DNA of 64,000 nucleotides from a virus (IMGVR_UViG_3300022752_000033:17711-81710), one strand, 5' to 3'; shown: positions 1-9,471, counted from the first letter of the stretch. Translations and numbers: made by a program. Notes: generated by a model from the letters alone, not told the origin.

Positions 1-42
1 CCGAATATGAATTTTTGAATAAAAAAGTAAAAGATTTCTTAT

Positions 43-357
43 TTACATAAGATTCTCTCTATGTCCCTTAATAATATCCACCGCCTCCGTAAGTTCATTA
101 TAGTTTCTTTCGGGGGCGTAAAGGAATGATTCATGTTTCTCCTCATTACCTTCAATTATTAAAAGAGCAGGAACCATATCGTTATCTGTAATCTCCGAGA
201 ACAGATTATACTCCTCCTCATACTCATCAATATCTCTGTCAAAAAATTCAATCCCCTCTTTAACCAATATATCTTTAAACTCTTGGCAGAAAGGACAATT
301 TTTCATTGTATAAACAACAACTGATAAATCTTTCATATTATAATATTTGGCTTGCAA
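43..357 (-). CDS. glutaredoxin/NrdH-like small redoxin
   Basis: CPFC active-site motif near the N-terminus; ~95 aa thioredoxin-fold length. The true start is probably the Met at 336 (MKDLSVVVYT), which abuts the thioredoxin stop. Confidence 0.6.
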   Translation of the reverse strand: MQAKYYNMKDLSVVVYTMKNCPFCQEFKDILVKEGIEFFDRDIDEYEEEYNLFSEITDNDMVPALLIIEGNEEKHESFLYAPERNYNELTEAVDIIKGHRENLM

Positions 358-655
358 CCGATTTTATTTGTTCTTCTCTGAGAACACCTGTGCTATGGTA
401 GACTTCTTTACCACCACTAAAACCTTTTATTGTTGGCACACTTCTAATTCCAAGTTCGTTTACCGCAAACTCTTTATCTTGTTCTATGTTGAAAAGATAT
501 AGTTTGGTTCCGTCAGTTTCGTTCATTTCTTTCGCAGCACTTTCAAACCAAGGTTTCATAATTTTGCAGGGACCGCACCAACTGGCGAAGCAGTCAACTA
601 AAAGTTTTTCTCCGTTTTTAATTTTTTGTTTTAATTCTTCTGAAGTAATTTCCAT
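338..655 (-). CDS. thioredoxin
   Basis: Canonical WCGPCK active site at the expected position in a ~105-aa thioredoxin-fold protein. Confidence 0.8.
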   Translation of the reverse strand: MEITSEELKQKIKNGEKLLVDCFASWCGPCKIMKPWFESAAKEMNETDGTKLYLFNIEQDKEFAVNELGIRSVPTIKGFSGGKEVYHSTGVLREEQIKSVASQIL

Positions 656-666
656 ATATTTTTGTT

Positions 667-984
667 TTATTTTGTTAATAAGTTTACAAATGGTTTAATG
701 AATATCAATAGTTCATTATGTTGCTCTTGTTTATAATATATATCAACATCAATTATATTTTTGTGTAATCCGTGTCTTCTTATAAATAGAAAGAACCCTT
801 GTTTGGTTTTTAAAATAATATCCTTCCACATAAATTTACCACCACTATATGCGGATGTCATAAACAAAGTTTCATACTTTGTCACATCTAATTTTTCATC
901 AGTCAATTGCATATCATCAATTGACACTTTTGATAGAGGCGATGTCGCTTTCTCTATGTGTTTTATATAATAATGTTTATCCAT
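667..984 (-). CDS. hypothetical protein
   Basis: 105-aa ORF packed between neighbouring genes on the same strand; no motif recognised. Confidence 0.4.
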   Translation of the reverse strand: MDKHYYIKHIEKATSPLSKVSIDDMQLTDEKLDVTKYETLFMTSAYSGGKFMWKDIILKTKQGFFLFIRRHGLHKNIIDVDIYYKQEQHNELLIFIKPFVNLLTK

Positions 985-986
985 AA

Positions 987-2663
987 TTAAAGGTCATAAT
1001 TAAAATCTATATACATCATACCGTTATGAGTTGAGTCAATGAATTCAACCGACCAAACCAATTTATCATCTTTCCATTCCGAATCTGAAAATAATTCTGT
1101 CCCGTTGGTGCATACTTTTTTAAGTTTTACCGTCTCAAACCTTTTATCTTTCACAATCTTATTCATTCTCTCATTAAGTATTTCAATCGGTTTATCCCAC
1201 TCCGAAGTTAAACTCCCGTTAAATCTTCCAAGACATTGAACGTTTTTAATTTTAATCTTATCATCCTCTTTTGATACCTTATACTCAATCGTCGCTCTAC
1301 TATCGGACTCCTCTTCTCCCTTTCTAAATGAAACAATCACCGAACCAACTTTTCCCACATATCCTTTAACACAATTTGATTGCAATTGACTCTCGTTATT
1401 ATATAATGATGAGTTTGTTAATAACACCGGATAATAAGTTTCGCCATCACTAGTTATTGGTTTTACCACTTCATTCATCATATAGTCAGGATACATCCTG
1501 TAATAAGTTCCTTGGATGTAATGTTGTAATTTATCCGTCCAATCCAAATGCTCCTGTCTAAATTCTTCCACAGATGTTGAATACCATCTTACATCCTCCT
1601 CACCATATGTCTTTAATTTAACATAACTAATTACGTGGTCGAAGTAAGTATTATAATCCAACTGCTCGTTGAGAACAAGTTCAAACATAGTGAAAACCCT
1701 TTTTAATTCTTCTGGTGAGAATATGTGTCTACCGGTTGATGTTGGTCTATTCCAAATTGTTCCTCTAAAATTTAAACACTTTAAGAGAACATCTTCGTTT
1801 TGGTTAATCCAATCTTCACCAAAGAAGTTAACCGCATTCTCATACATTTTAATATTTATATTTTCGCAGATGTGAAGAGCCTTCCTTAATTTCTTACCGC
1901 TTATCTCATAAAGTTTCATAAAAGAATCCACCAACTTCATATCATTTTTCCTTAAAATTTTTAAAGTTGGAACCTTTAATTCCGAATTTAAAAACACTCC
2001 AAAGTTATTTGGGAATTTAATATTCCTTTTCATCATATAGTACTTATACAATCTTTCTCCGTGTGTTAACTTAGTTTCATTATTACCATCAATATATTCA
2101 AAAAATTTATTGAAAGCTGAATTCATAATCAAATCGGTATTTGCCCTCTCAGAATTTTTTACAAAATGACTTAACAAACTTCTTATTTGATGTTTAAAAA
2201 TATTAAAAAAATCAAACTGAAATGAATTTTTTCGTAATCTTCTTGAAAACTTTCTTTTTTTCTGGTAGTTATGAAGAAATCCGGAATATATATCCCCCGT
2301 TATTGTGTTAATAGTAACATAATCAACATTTTTATTTGTTGTGAAATATTGATTCCCGACTCTCCTAATCTTACAAGAATGGAACAATTTCATAGATAAT
2401 TTATGTCCTTCTTGTTCCACAACAAGTAATAAGTTATGTCTAGAAACCCCCCATAAAGTATTAGCAAAATTATCCACAAACGCCTTTTCACTTATATGAT
2501 TGGACTTAAATGTGAATTCAGTATTAATCTTTTTTTTACCCTTGTATACATATTCAGGATTATTTTTTTTGTTATAAAACATACTATCCGCAAGCACATT
2601 GTAAGATTGATACTCATTACAATCATATTTGACAAAATTAACTTTATAGATTTCTTTTCTCAT
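987..2663 (-). CDS. hypothetical protein (558 aa)
   Basis: Long uninterrupted ORF in an AT-rich genome; no recognisable catalytic motif. Confidence 0.5.
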   Translation of the reverse strand: MRKEIYKVNFVKYDCNEYQSYNVLADSMFYNKKNNPEYVYKGKKKINTEFTFKSNHISEKAFVDNFANTLWGVSRHNLLLVVEQEGHKLSMKLFHSCKIRRVGNQYFTTNKNVDYVTINTITGDIYSGFLHNYQKKRKFSRRLRKNSFQFDFFNIFKHQIRSLLSHFVKNSERANTDLIMNSAFNKFFEYIDGNNETKLTHGERLYKYYMMKRNIKFPNNFGVFLNSELKVPTLKILRKNDMKLVDSFMKLYEISGKKLRKALHICENINIKMYENAVNFFGEDWINQNEDVLLKCLNFRGTIWNRPTSTGRHIFSPEELKRVFTMFELVLNEQLDYNTYFDHVISYVKLKTYGEEDVRWYSTSVEEFRQEHLDWTDKLQHYIQGTYYRMYPDYMMNEVVKPITSDGETYYPVLLTNSSLYNNESQLQSNCVKGYVGKVGSVIVSFRKGEEESDSRATIEYKVSKEDDKIKIKNVQCLGRFNGSLTSEWDKPIEILNERMNKIVKDKRFETVKLKKVCTNGTELFSDSEWKDDKLVWSVEFIDSTHNGMMYIDFNYDL

Positions 2664-2693
2664 AATAACAAAGATAATAAATTAAATTGAAAT

Positions 2694-2718
2694 GGGGACA
2701 TAATGTCCCCACTTTTTT
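2694..2718. terminator. GC hairpin GGGGACA-TAA-TGTCCCC followed by ACTTTTTT (bidirectional, rho-independent-like)
   Basis: Perfect 7-bp GC-rich stem followed by a T-run on the plus strand and an AT-rich tail on the minus strand; lies between two genes. Confidence 0.4.
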
Positions 2719-3514
2719 AGCAATAAGTTTCAGCAAGTTCCCAAAGTTGAGTGTTAACCTTTTGGAGTGATGAGATGTTTTTAAGTTCTCTCATAGTAGT
2801 AAATCTACCCTTTGGTGTGTGATAAGAAATACCTCCACGAACAAACTTCTCTTGAACTCGGTTAAACACATTCCACACCGATTGTTTAGCGTCTTCAGGT
2901 CTAACCGGTCTTACCAACTCTTCAATACTTAAAGAACTTGGAACAGAACCCGGAACCCAACGGATGATTTTTGCCTTGGTTCCAAAGTCATTAACCTGTG
3001 CGTCAGACATAATGGTTGAATCCATTTTACCCATAGAATTTCCGATAACCGGTAAGTTCTCCGCAAACTCATCAGTGAGTCTACGAATATCACCCATATC
3101 AACTTTCATATGACGAACTCTGATTGATGAAGCAACTGCTGTCGGAACCGTAAGTCCGTTGGAACATACTAGACGATGTAATCCAGCCCCGATTGATAGA
3201 CTTGAAAGTCCGTTGTGTGAATTTCTAATAATTGCCTCAACAAGCGAATCCCCAACTTGTGTAAGTCCCCCATTTCTTAATCTAACTTCGTGAATACCGT
3301 AGGGATTATTACCCATTTGTTTTGCACTTGAGATTTCCCAACCCTCTCTTTGAAACCCTTCAAGGATTTCAATTGTTGGAGCTAAATTGTATTTCTGTGT
3401 AAGCTTCGGTGAAGCCTGTGTGGTGAAAACTGCGGGTGCTTGTACCCTTACTTGTTCTAATGTTATTGACATATGATTTTGATTTAGAACACAAAGATAA
3501 TATGTCCCATCCAA
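2717..3514 (-). CDS. DUF932-family protein (phage/plasmid-associated)
   Basis: IRNSHNGLSSLSIGAGL motif (NSHxGxSS signature I associate with DUF932). The ORF-track start is TTG; the likely start is ATG at 3472 (MSITLEQ). G+C is visibly higher than the flanks. Confidence 0.5.
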   Translation of the reverse strand: MDGTYYLCVLNQNHMSITLEQVRVQAPAVFTTQASPKLTQKYNLAPTIEILEGFQREGWEISSAKQMGNNPYGIHEVRLRNGGLTQVGDSLVEAIIRNSHNGLSSLSIGAGLHRLVCSNGLTVPTAVASSIRVRHMKVDMGDIRRLTDEFAENLPVIGNSMGKMDSTIMSDAQVNDFGTKAKIIRWVPGSVPSSLSIEELVRPVRPEDAKQSVWNVFNRVQEKFVRGGISYHTPKGRFTTMRELKNISSLQKVNTQLWELAETYC

Positions 3515-3523
3515 ATAGCCAAA

Positions 3524-3871
3524 TTAATTTAAAGAATATTCTCCAAAAATTGTGGGAATTATTATATTAGAATTTTTTTCAATACGTAGTGGGTTCCCGT
3601 TAATATCCAAACAAACATCTATAAGTTGTTGTCTAGTTAAACTAACCTCATCCCCCTTTTCTGAGTTTGTTATTGCAACTTCCCTTAATTTAACAAAAAA
3701 TTCATCCTTCTTTGTTAATGGTATTAAATTAATAAGTTCTTCAGGATTTTCCCTGAAGAACTTTAAAATGCTGCTCATATAAATTTCAACATCTACGTTC
3801 ATATATAAATTTTTAATCTTCATCTTCAGCAAAATCCCACATTCCATTTCCAAAATCATTAGCATTGTCAC
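3524..3871 (-). CDS. hypothetical protein
   Basis: ORF of 115 aa. It overlaps the upstream gene by 59 nt unless it starts at an internal Met (about 3802). Confidence 0.4.
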   Translation of the reverse strand: MTMLMILEMECGILLKMKIKNLYMNVDVEIYMSSILKFFRENPEELINLIPLTKKDEFFVKLREVAITNSEKGDEVSLTRQQLIDVCLDINGNPLRIEKNSNIIIPTIFGEYSLN

Positions 3872-5168
3872 TAATTTCTTGTGGAATCTCTAAATTAGGA
3901 CACTCTTTCACATTAAGGAAAACTATATTAGGTAAACTAGCAATACAACCCGGAACTGTTCTTAATTTAGAGTTACCTTGAAGTGTTAAGAATCTAAGTT
4001 TTTTCAAATTACAAATTGATTCAGGAACACTATCAACACAATTTTCAAAATTTAAAAACTCTAAGTTTTGGAATCTGTCAATATCCTCAGGAATTGTAAT
4101 TATAATATCATTCCTGTCATTGTTTTTAATTTTAAGTGTTTCCAAAGAATCAGGTAAACTTTCAAACAAATCTTCAAGACCATAAAGTCCAATGAATTTT
4201 CCAATTGCTCCGTGACTAAAACTATCAATTTTCAAACTTTTTCCATTAATAGTTAATCCTTTCGCAAATTCAGGTTTAAAGAAATCTTTAAGTTCTGACA
4301 TTGGCCCGGTCAATAATTGAACCAAATCAACTGTGTGGTCGTGAACATCCATAAATTGATTGGATGGGAAATGGAATTGATATCTATCTGCAGGTAATCC
4401 ACTACTCTCCCCTCTCTTACCTTCCCATTGGTTAGGTATCACAACATATAACGGACCATCCTTAATATATTTTTCAAACCAATTAAGACCTGGTGAAGAC
4501 GTACACCATCTTGTTTCACCTTTACTTGGTTCAAGGTAATTACCACCATAGAAACAAGCTGCATCCTTACCAAGTTTACCTGTGTCTGAAATTTCAACAA
4601 CAGTCCACTTACTTCCTCTAAAAACAACATCACCACCCGGATGTTCGTAGGTTTCTGCCGCCGCTTTTTTCTCTTCTTTACTTGCTTTAGTTTTCTCTAA
4701 TGAGAAATCTTTAACCAACTCATAAAGAGATTGAACTGTTAATTTATTAATATCTCTACTTTCCTGTGGAATTCTGTTTTTAAATCTTTCAAACTTCTTT
4801 AAATCATTTGTAACTTTATACAAATCCTCAAGGAATGTTGATTGTGCCTGTTTTAACTCTCTATCATACATAGGAGTTCCTTTTTCAGCCTCCGTTGGAA
4901 TTGATAAATATTGTTTGATTAACCAAGTTACATACGAACCCGCTTTAACCTTTTCAAGGTCTCCCTTGTTATCTGTATTCAAATCAATATCGTTAAGATT
5001 AGTATTTGGGTCGGCTTTAACTAATTCATCGTAAACCTCCTTAGTCATAAGTGGTTTCAACTTCTTACCTTCCTTATTAATTAAAGGTTTGGTAACTTTT
5101 TCCAAATTAATTAAATACTTGGATTGCGATTCAAGAATAATGTTTTTTAAAATGCTTGTAAATTTCAT
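3813..5168 (-). CDS. leucine-rich-repeat protein (451 aa)
   Basis: C-terminal ~110 aa show consecutive LxxLxLxxN/C LRR units (LETLKIKNN..., LEFLNFENC..., LRFLTLQGN..., IVFLNVKEC...). The N-terminal 330 aa are unassigned. Confidence 0.5.
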   Translation of the reverse strand: MKFTSILKNIILESQSKYLINLEKVTKPLINKEGKKLKPLMTKEVYDELVKADPNTNLNDIDLNTDNKGDLEKVKAGSYVTWLIKQYLSIPTEAEKGTPMYDRELKQAQSTFLEDLYKVTNDLKKFERFKNRIPQESRDINKLTVQSLYELVKDFSLEKTKASKEEKKAAAETYEHPGGDVVFRGSKWTVVEISDTGKLGKDAACFYGGNYLEPSKGETRWCTSSPGLNWFEKYIKDGPLYVVIPNQWEGKRGESSGLPADRYQFHFPSNQFMDVHDHTVDLVQLLTGPMSELKDFFKPEFAKGLTINGKSLKIDSFSHGAIGKFIGLYGLEDLFESLPDSLETLKIKNNDRNDIIITIPEDIDRFQNLEFLNFENCVDSVPESICNLKKLRFLTLQGNSKLRTVPGCIASLPNIVFLNVKECPNLEIPQEISDNANDFGNGMWDFAEDED

Positions 5169-5212
5169 TTTATAATTGTTTAGTAATAAATATATTGATA
5201 ATGCAAAAATAA

Positions 5213-6052
5213 CTAAAAATTCAATATAAACAGCTCTTCACCCATATTTTGTTTTGTATTTTTTTTGGCTGCGGCGGCTTTGGCGAATAATTTTCTCTCC
5301 CACCTGTAAACATTTTCAGGAAACCAAGTATGTAAATCAGGAAAATCATAATATGACATACCAAATTTACCTTTCACTTGTTGTAAAACATTTGCCAATC
5401 TTTCGTGGTCTTGTCTATCAAAATCGTGGTTTGAATAATAATTTTCCGTTTTATAATATGGAGCATCAACATAATGAAAAGTCGTTGGGGTATCATATTT
5501 AATGATTAAATCCTCAAAATCCATATTCTCAACATCGGTAATCCTTAAAAAATGTTCCACCCAGTCCGGTTTACTTAATTTGTCCCTAAATGACAAATAT
5601 TTGCAACGATAATTACCCTTCAAATCAATAAATGAAGATGTTTCAGGTTTACTTCCACTAAAAACTTGGGTAACTACGTAAACGTATTTTGCCGCAGTTA
5701 AGTAGTCAGGAGAATTTGTTGTAAATCCGGAATTGAATACCTCTGTTTGATATTCCACAAACCTATCCTTAAACTCCTGTGGTGTATTAGAAACCCCTAT
5801 TTGTTGTACGGGTATGCTATCTAACGCCCTCTGTAATTCGGGGGGATTTTGAACGCATTTAAAGAGATTATAATTTAAAGGGTTGAAGTCATTATAGACA
5901 ATCTTTTTAAGGTTTGGATACTTAATTAAATCCATATTAAAGTAACACCACATCATTCCACCGAATGATTCTGTCATTATTTCCATATCTTGTGGGTAAT
6001 AATCTACCAACCACTTACCAATTTTTGATTTTCCTCCAATCCAACTTAACAT
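5213..6052 (-). CDS. dam: DNA adenine methyltransferase (Dam/D12 class)
   Basis: N-terminal WIGGK (AdoMet-binding motif) and DAPYY catalytic DPPY-type motif (HYVDAPYYKTENYY). Confidence 0.8.
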   Translation of the reverse strand: MLSWIGGKSKIGKWLVDYYPQDMEIMTESFGGMMWCYFNMDLIKYPNLKKIVYNDFNPLNYNLFKCVQNPPELQRALDSIPVQQIGVSNTPQEFKDRFVEYQTEVFNSGFTTNSPDYLTAAKYVYVVTQVFSGSKPETSSFIDLKGNYRCKYLSFRDKLSKPDWVEHFLRITDVENMDFEDLIIKYDTPTTFHYVDAPYYKTENYYSNHDFDRQDHERLANVLQQVKGKFGMSYYDFPDLHTWFPENVYRWERKLFAKAAAAKKNTKQNMGEELFILNF

Positions 6053-6136
6053 ATTATTATTTTTTTAAAAGATAAACAAAAAAATCCAAAAGGCAAATTA
6101 TTTACAAGATATTAATTACAAATTATATTTAAGATT

Positions 6137-6289
6137 ATGGAAAAAGAAAAAACAGGTTGTAAAAAATGTAAATCAAGGTCAGAGTTAAAAACATCTGAGA
6201 TTGTAATGTTTGTATTAGGTCTTTATATGTGTTTCGCCGGTATATACGGAACGATTCAATTAATAAAGAATTTTATTCTTAATTAAGAT
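6137..6289 (+). CDS. possible small membrane ORF (50 aa)
   Basis: ATG-started ORF in the 226-bp intergenic gap; predicted single hydrophobic helix (IVMFVLGLYMCFAGIYGTI). Below the ORF-track length cut-off. Confidence 0.2.
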
Positions 6290-7211
6290 TTTCAAATCTT
6301 AAATGTAGTTTTACATACATATCCCCACCATTATATCCCTTACCATTTAATCTAAGTGGTTTTGAAGTATCCACAAACTTTGGAGATTTTAAATTTAAAT
6401 CTCCGGACGGGTGAGGTATTAAAAATGTTTTACTTTGAATCTCTTCTAAATTTAAGTATAAACTATAAATTAAATCATTACCCATTTTTTCAAACCCATT
6501 TGCAGGTTCAACTTCTACTTGAAGTAATAGATTCCCAACCATTCCATTAACAAAATCACCATATCCCTCCATCTGCAAAAATTGACCCGAATCAATCCCT
6601 ACCGGTATTTTTATTTTAAGTTCAGTCGATTCACTTTTAGTTCCTTTACCATTGCAAAAATAACACTTATGAACTAACGTATACCTTCTTCCACCACACA
6701 CATCGCAAGCCGTTCTAACATGTTGAACCATAAATCCGGTTCCAAAAGTTTTAACTTTAAACCCTTCTCCATTACAACCGGAACACATTTGTTGTTCTCC
6801 ACCAGAACCACCACAACCCTGACATCCAATTTCCCTAACATAAAAAATATTCTTTTCAACACCCAAATAAGATTCAATTGGTGTTATTTTTAACTTAACT
6901 ATTTTTTGTGGCGCTTGTGGTTTTCTTTGTGCGAACGGATTTGCCCCGCCAAACATATTTGAAAATAAATCTTCGAAAGATGCACCACCCGGACCACCTC
7001 CACCAAAAAAAGGATTTTTTCTACTATTGTCATATTGACTTCTCTTTTCAGGGTTTCCAATATTCTCATACGCCTCACTAATTTCTTTAAACATATTTTC
7101 ATCACCCCCTTTATCCGGATGATGCTTAATCGCTAACGCTCTATATGCTTTTTTTATTTCATCTTGAGACGAATTCTCTTCAATTCCTAAAATTTCATAG
7201 TAATTTTTCAT
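6279..7211 (-). CDS. dnaJ: chaperone DnaJ (full-length type I Hsp40)
   Basis: J-domain with HPD (YYEILGI...HHPDKGG), Gly/Phe-rich linker, four CxxCxGxG zinc-finger repeats (CQGCGGSG, CSGCNGEG, CDVCGGRR, CYFCNGKG) and a C-terminal substrate domain. Confidence 0.85.
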   Translation of the reverse strand: MKNYYEILGIEENSSQDEIKKAYRALAIKHHPDKGGDENMFKEISEAYENIGNPEKRSQYDNSRKNPFFGGGGPGGASFEDLFSNMFGGANPFAQRKPQAPQKIVKLKITPIESYLGVEKNIFYVREIGCQGCGGSGGEQQMCSGCNGEGFKVKTFGTGFMVQHVRTACDVCGGRRYTLVHKCYFCNGKGTKSESTELKIKIPVGIDSGQFLQMEGYGDFVNGMVGNLLLQVEVEPANGFEKMGNDLIYSLYLNLEEIQSKTFLIPHPSGDLNLKSPKFVDTSKPLRLNGKGYNGGDMYVKLHLRFENLN

Positions 7212-7212
7212 T

Positions 7213-7857
7213 ATGGAAAATTTTTTAGTTGTTTTGTTTAAAAATAAGACAAAAAAAAAGATAATAAAGAAATTTATAACTTACAAGAAAGCTCATCAGT
7301 TTTTTTCTAAATTAAAAAAAGACTCCGAAAATGTTATTTTTGAAAAACTTGTGGAAAATGCGGAACCTTGCAAATTTGAAATTGGATTGGTTGAATTAAG
7401 TTCCAATCAACTATTCCCAATATACCTGACAGATGAAATGGGACGAAATGTGAAGGTTAAACTTGAGGATGATGATATGACATTGGTTGAGATATCAAAC
7501 TACAAAATAGAGGAAGAATTTTATGATTTGCAAATGAAATCAAAAATAAACATTCATACGTTTATTAATGATTACTTGAAAGGTGATGGGATTAAAATGG
7601 TATCATCATTACATAATAAAATCGTAGTTCAAAGAGATGAAGATTTTAAATTATTCACCTTTAAAAACGTTGACGAATGCGTAAGATTTATTGATACTCT
7701 AAATTTCCATTTTTTTAAAATAAAAAGAGGAGATTGCCTTTTTGTGAAAGATGTTTCTTCGGCACAGAGAAAATATCTAATTGATATACTATGTAATAAT
7801 GGATTTGATAAGAAAATGCTATATAGGAAATTTACAACATACTCTCATCGAGAATGA
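7213..7857 (+). CDS. hypothetical protein (only substantial plus-strand gene)
   Basis: 214-aa ORF with no competing ORF on the minus strand; Lys-rich N-terminus. Its start codon lies back-to-back with the dnaJ start. Confidence 0.45.
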   Translation: MENFLVVLFKNKTKKKIIKKFITYKKAHQFFSKLKKDSENVIFEKLVENAEPCKFEIGLVELSSNQLFPIYLTDEMGRNVKVKLEDDDMTLVEISNYKIEEEFYDLQMKSKINIHTFINDYLKGDGIKMVSSLHNKIVVQRDEDFKLFTFKNVDECVRFIDTLNFHFFKIKRGDCLFVKDVSSAQRKYLIDILCNNGFDKKMLYRKFTTYSHRE

Positions 7858-8062
7858 AAATAAAATCAGTTCCTGACATATCAATTGTAAATTGTTTGTG
7901 GTGTCTATCAATCTCCCTAAAATGATTAATCATTTTTGTATAATCCGCTTTATTAAGTTCAAAAATCACAGAACTTTTCCCCTTAAACATCGCTTGTAAA
8001 GAATCCGCAATTAACGCAATCTTTTCTAAGTCCCCCAAATCATTACTTTTATTTTCTGCCAT
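7832..8062 (-). CDS. hypothetical small protein
   Basis: ORF only. Confidence 0.3.
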   Translation of the reverse strand: MAENKSNDLGDLEKIALIADSLQAMFKGKSSVIFELNKADYTKMINHFREIDRHHKQFTIDMSGTDFIFILDESML

Positions 8063-8164
8063 AAATTATATTTTGGTTTTTCCTCAGTTTTGGTAAAGAG
8101 GTCTTCTTTATTAATTTTTTTAATTTGATTAATAATAGTTCTCTTATTTAATTCAACATCATTT

Positions 8165-8605
8165 TTATCCTTCAATTGTTGACTCCTCAACCAATTCAAT
8201 TGTGCTTCTTTCCTCATCAGTATTTAAAATTGTTTCATCGTTTTCAAAATCAAAATAAAGTTTTTGTAACTTATCGAGATTTGTTTTTTCAAAAGTATTT
8301 TTTAATTGTTCGACAGTCTCTTTAAATAACCTTTCTTTTATTTCTCTTTCTTTATTTAACTTAATTATTTTTAAGACCTTAGATAAAGTTAACTCAATAT
8401 CTGTATCATCTATTTTGCAAACAAATGATAATCCTTTTAAATTTTCTATACCAACATCAAAACTAATTAATTGACCCTCATCCATAATTGATTTAGGTAA
8501 ACTCCATCTAGTTGGGAATTTCATATCGAAACTCAAATAATTTTCTAATTTTCTTATCGAATGTAAATATTCGACATATGGTGATATTATTGTGTAAAAA
8601 CTCAT
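8165..8605 (-). CDS. hypothetical protein
   Basis: ORF only. Confidence 0.4.
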   Translation of the reverse strand: MSFYTIISPYVEYLHSIRKLENYLSFDMKFPTRWSLPKSIMDEGQLISFDVGIENLKGLSFVCKIDDTDIELTLSKVLKIIKLNKEREIKERLFKETVEQLKNTFEKTNLDKLQKLYFDFENDETILNTDEERSTIELVEESTIEG

Positions 8606-8793
8606 TTTATAATATATGTTATGATGTAACTAATTGATAAACCTAAAAATATAAGTTCCCTGTTGCTAAATTTGAGCGGTGTAGGTTCTTTTTGCACCAG
8701 GGAACCTATGATTTTAAATAAACCTCTTAACGAGATTAAAATCGTAAAAACGAAAATAAATAAAAATATATTTTCAATATTACTCATTCTCAT
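8602..8793 (-). CDS. small membrane protein
   Basis: Two hydrophobic segments; overlaps neighbours by 4 nt on each side (coupled). Confidence 0.3.
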   Translation of the reverse strand: MRMSNIENIFLFIFVFTILISLRGLFKIIGSLVQKEPTPLKFSNRELIFLGLSISYIITYIIK

Positions 8794-9007
8794 TTGTTTT
8801 TTTTGTTTCTAAAATTTCACCACGAAGTTTTTGCAAAAGAGCTTTAATTTCTTGAGCTGATTTTCTGGCTCTAGTACCAGCACTTTTGTTTCCGTTATAA
8901 AACTTAGTAACATCAACTGACATGGATTCTACCACCGTTTTGATTTCTTCTAATGTTTCCATTTTTCTTTTTTTTATAAGTTTATTAATTTTTAAAATAA
9001 AAGTCAA
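8780..9007 (-). CDS. small basic histone-H1-like DNA-binding protein
   Basis: 75 aa, Lys/Arg/Ala-rich C-terminus (NGNKSAGTRARKSAQEIKALLQKLRGEI) resembling bacterial H1/Hc-type nucleoid proteins. Confidence 0.3.
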   Translation of the reverse strand: MTFILKINKLIKKRKMETLEEIKTVVESMSVDVTKFYNGNKSAGTRARKSAQEIKALLQKLRGEILETKKTNENE

Positions 9008-9012
9008 ATCTT

Positions 9013-9471
9013 TTATTCTATATTTTTCTCTACTAAATTATACAATTCTGTTAAAATGTCAAGGTCTGATTTACTAAATGGTTTATCTAAATCAAAAATA
9101 TCTTCCAAAAAATTAGGTATAGCATTCTTAACGTTCTTATCTTTAGCGTCATAAAATGTATCAAAAAAGAATGTTTTTAAATAATCCTTATGTTTCCCCT
9201 CAATTCTTAACTTTATATTCTCTTTTCTAAAGTTTTCAATAAGTAATCCCCAACACCATTCAAAATGAGCCAAATTATCTTCATTTGATAGAACAATACC
9301 CGTTTCATTAACATTATCACCCAAATACGTATCCGAGACAATAAAATGCAATGACTTAAATATATCTCCGCACAACTCTATCATTTCATAATTCATATTA
9401 TGAATGTTAAACCAAACAATAACTTCGTCATCCGGAATGGGGGTCGATATCCAATTAAAAAAATTCTCCAT
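9013..9471 (-). CDS. hypothetical protein
   Basis: ORF only. Confidence 0.45.
   Translation of the reverse strand: MENFFNWISTPIPDDEVIVWFNIHNMNYEMIELCGDIFKSLHFIVSDTYLGDNVNETGIVLSNEDNLAHFEWCWGLLIENFRKENIKLRIEGKHKDYLKTFFFDTFYDAKDKNVKNAIPNFLEDIFDLDKPFSKSDLDILTELYNLVEKNIE

Noticed and set aside
4439-4636. Short ORFs nested inside larger genes on the same or opposite strand (e.g. 4439..4636, 6674..6877, 6899..7105, 11273..11464, 12755..12964, 27236..27469, 30799..30981, 35537..35815, 39781..39978, 40540..40755, 47353..47607, 53787..54008, plus assorted 60-110-aa plus-strand ORFs)
   Set aside because: Fully contained within longer ORFs that carry recognisable motifs or better gene-like context. 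No independent support.
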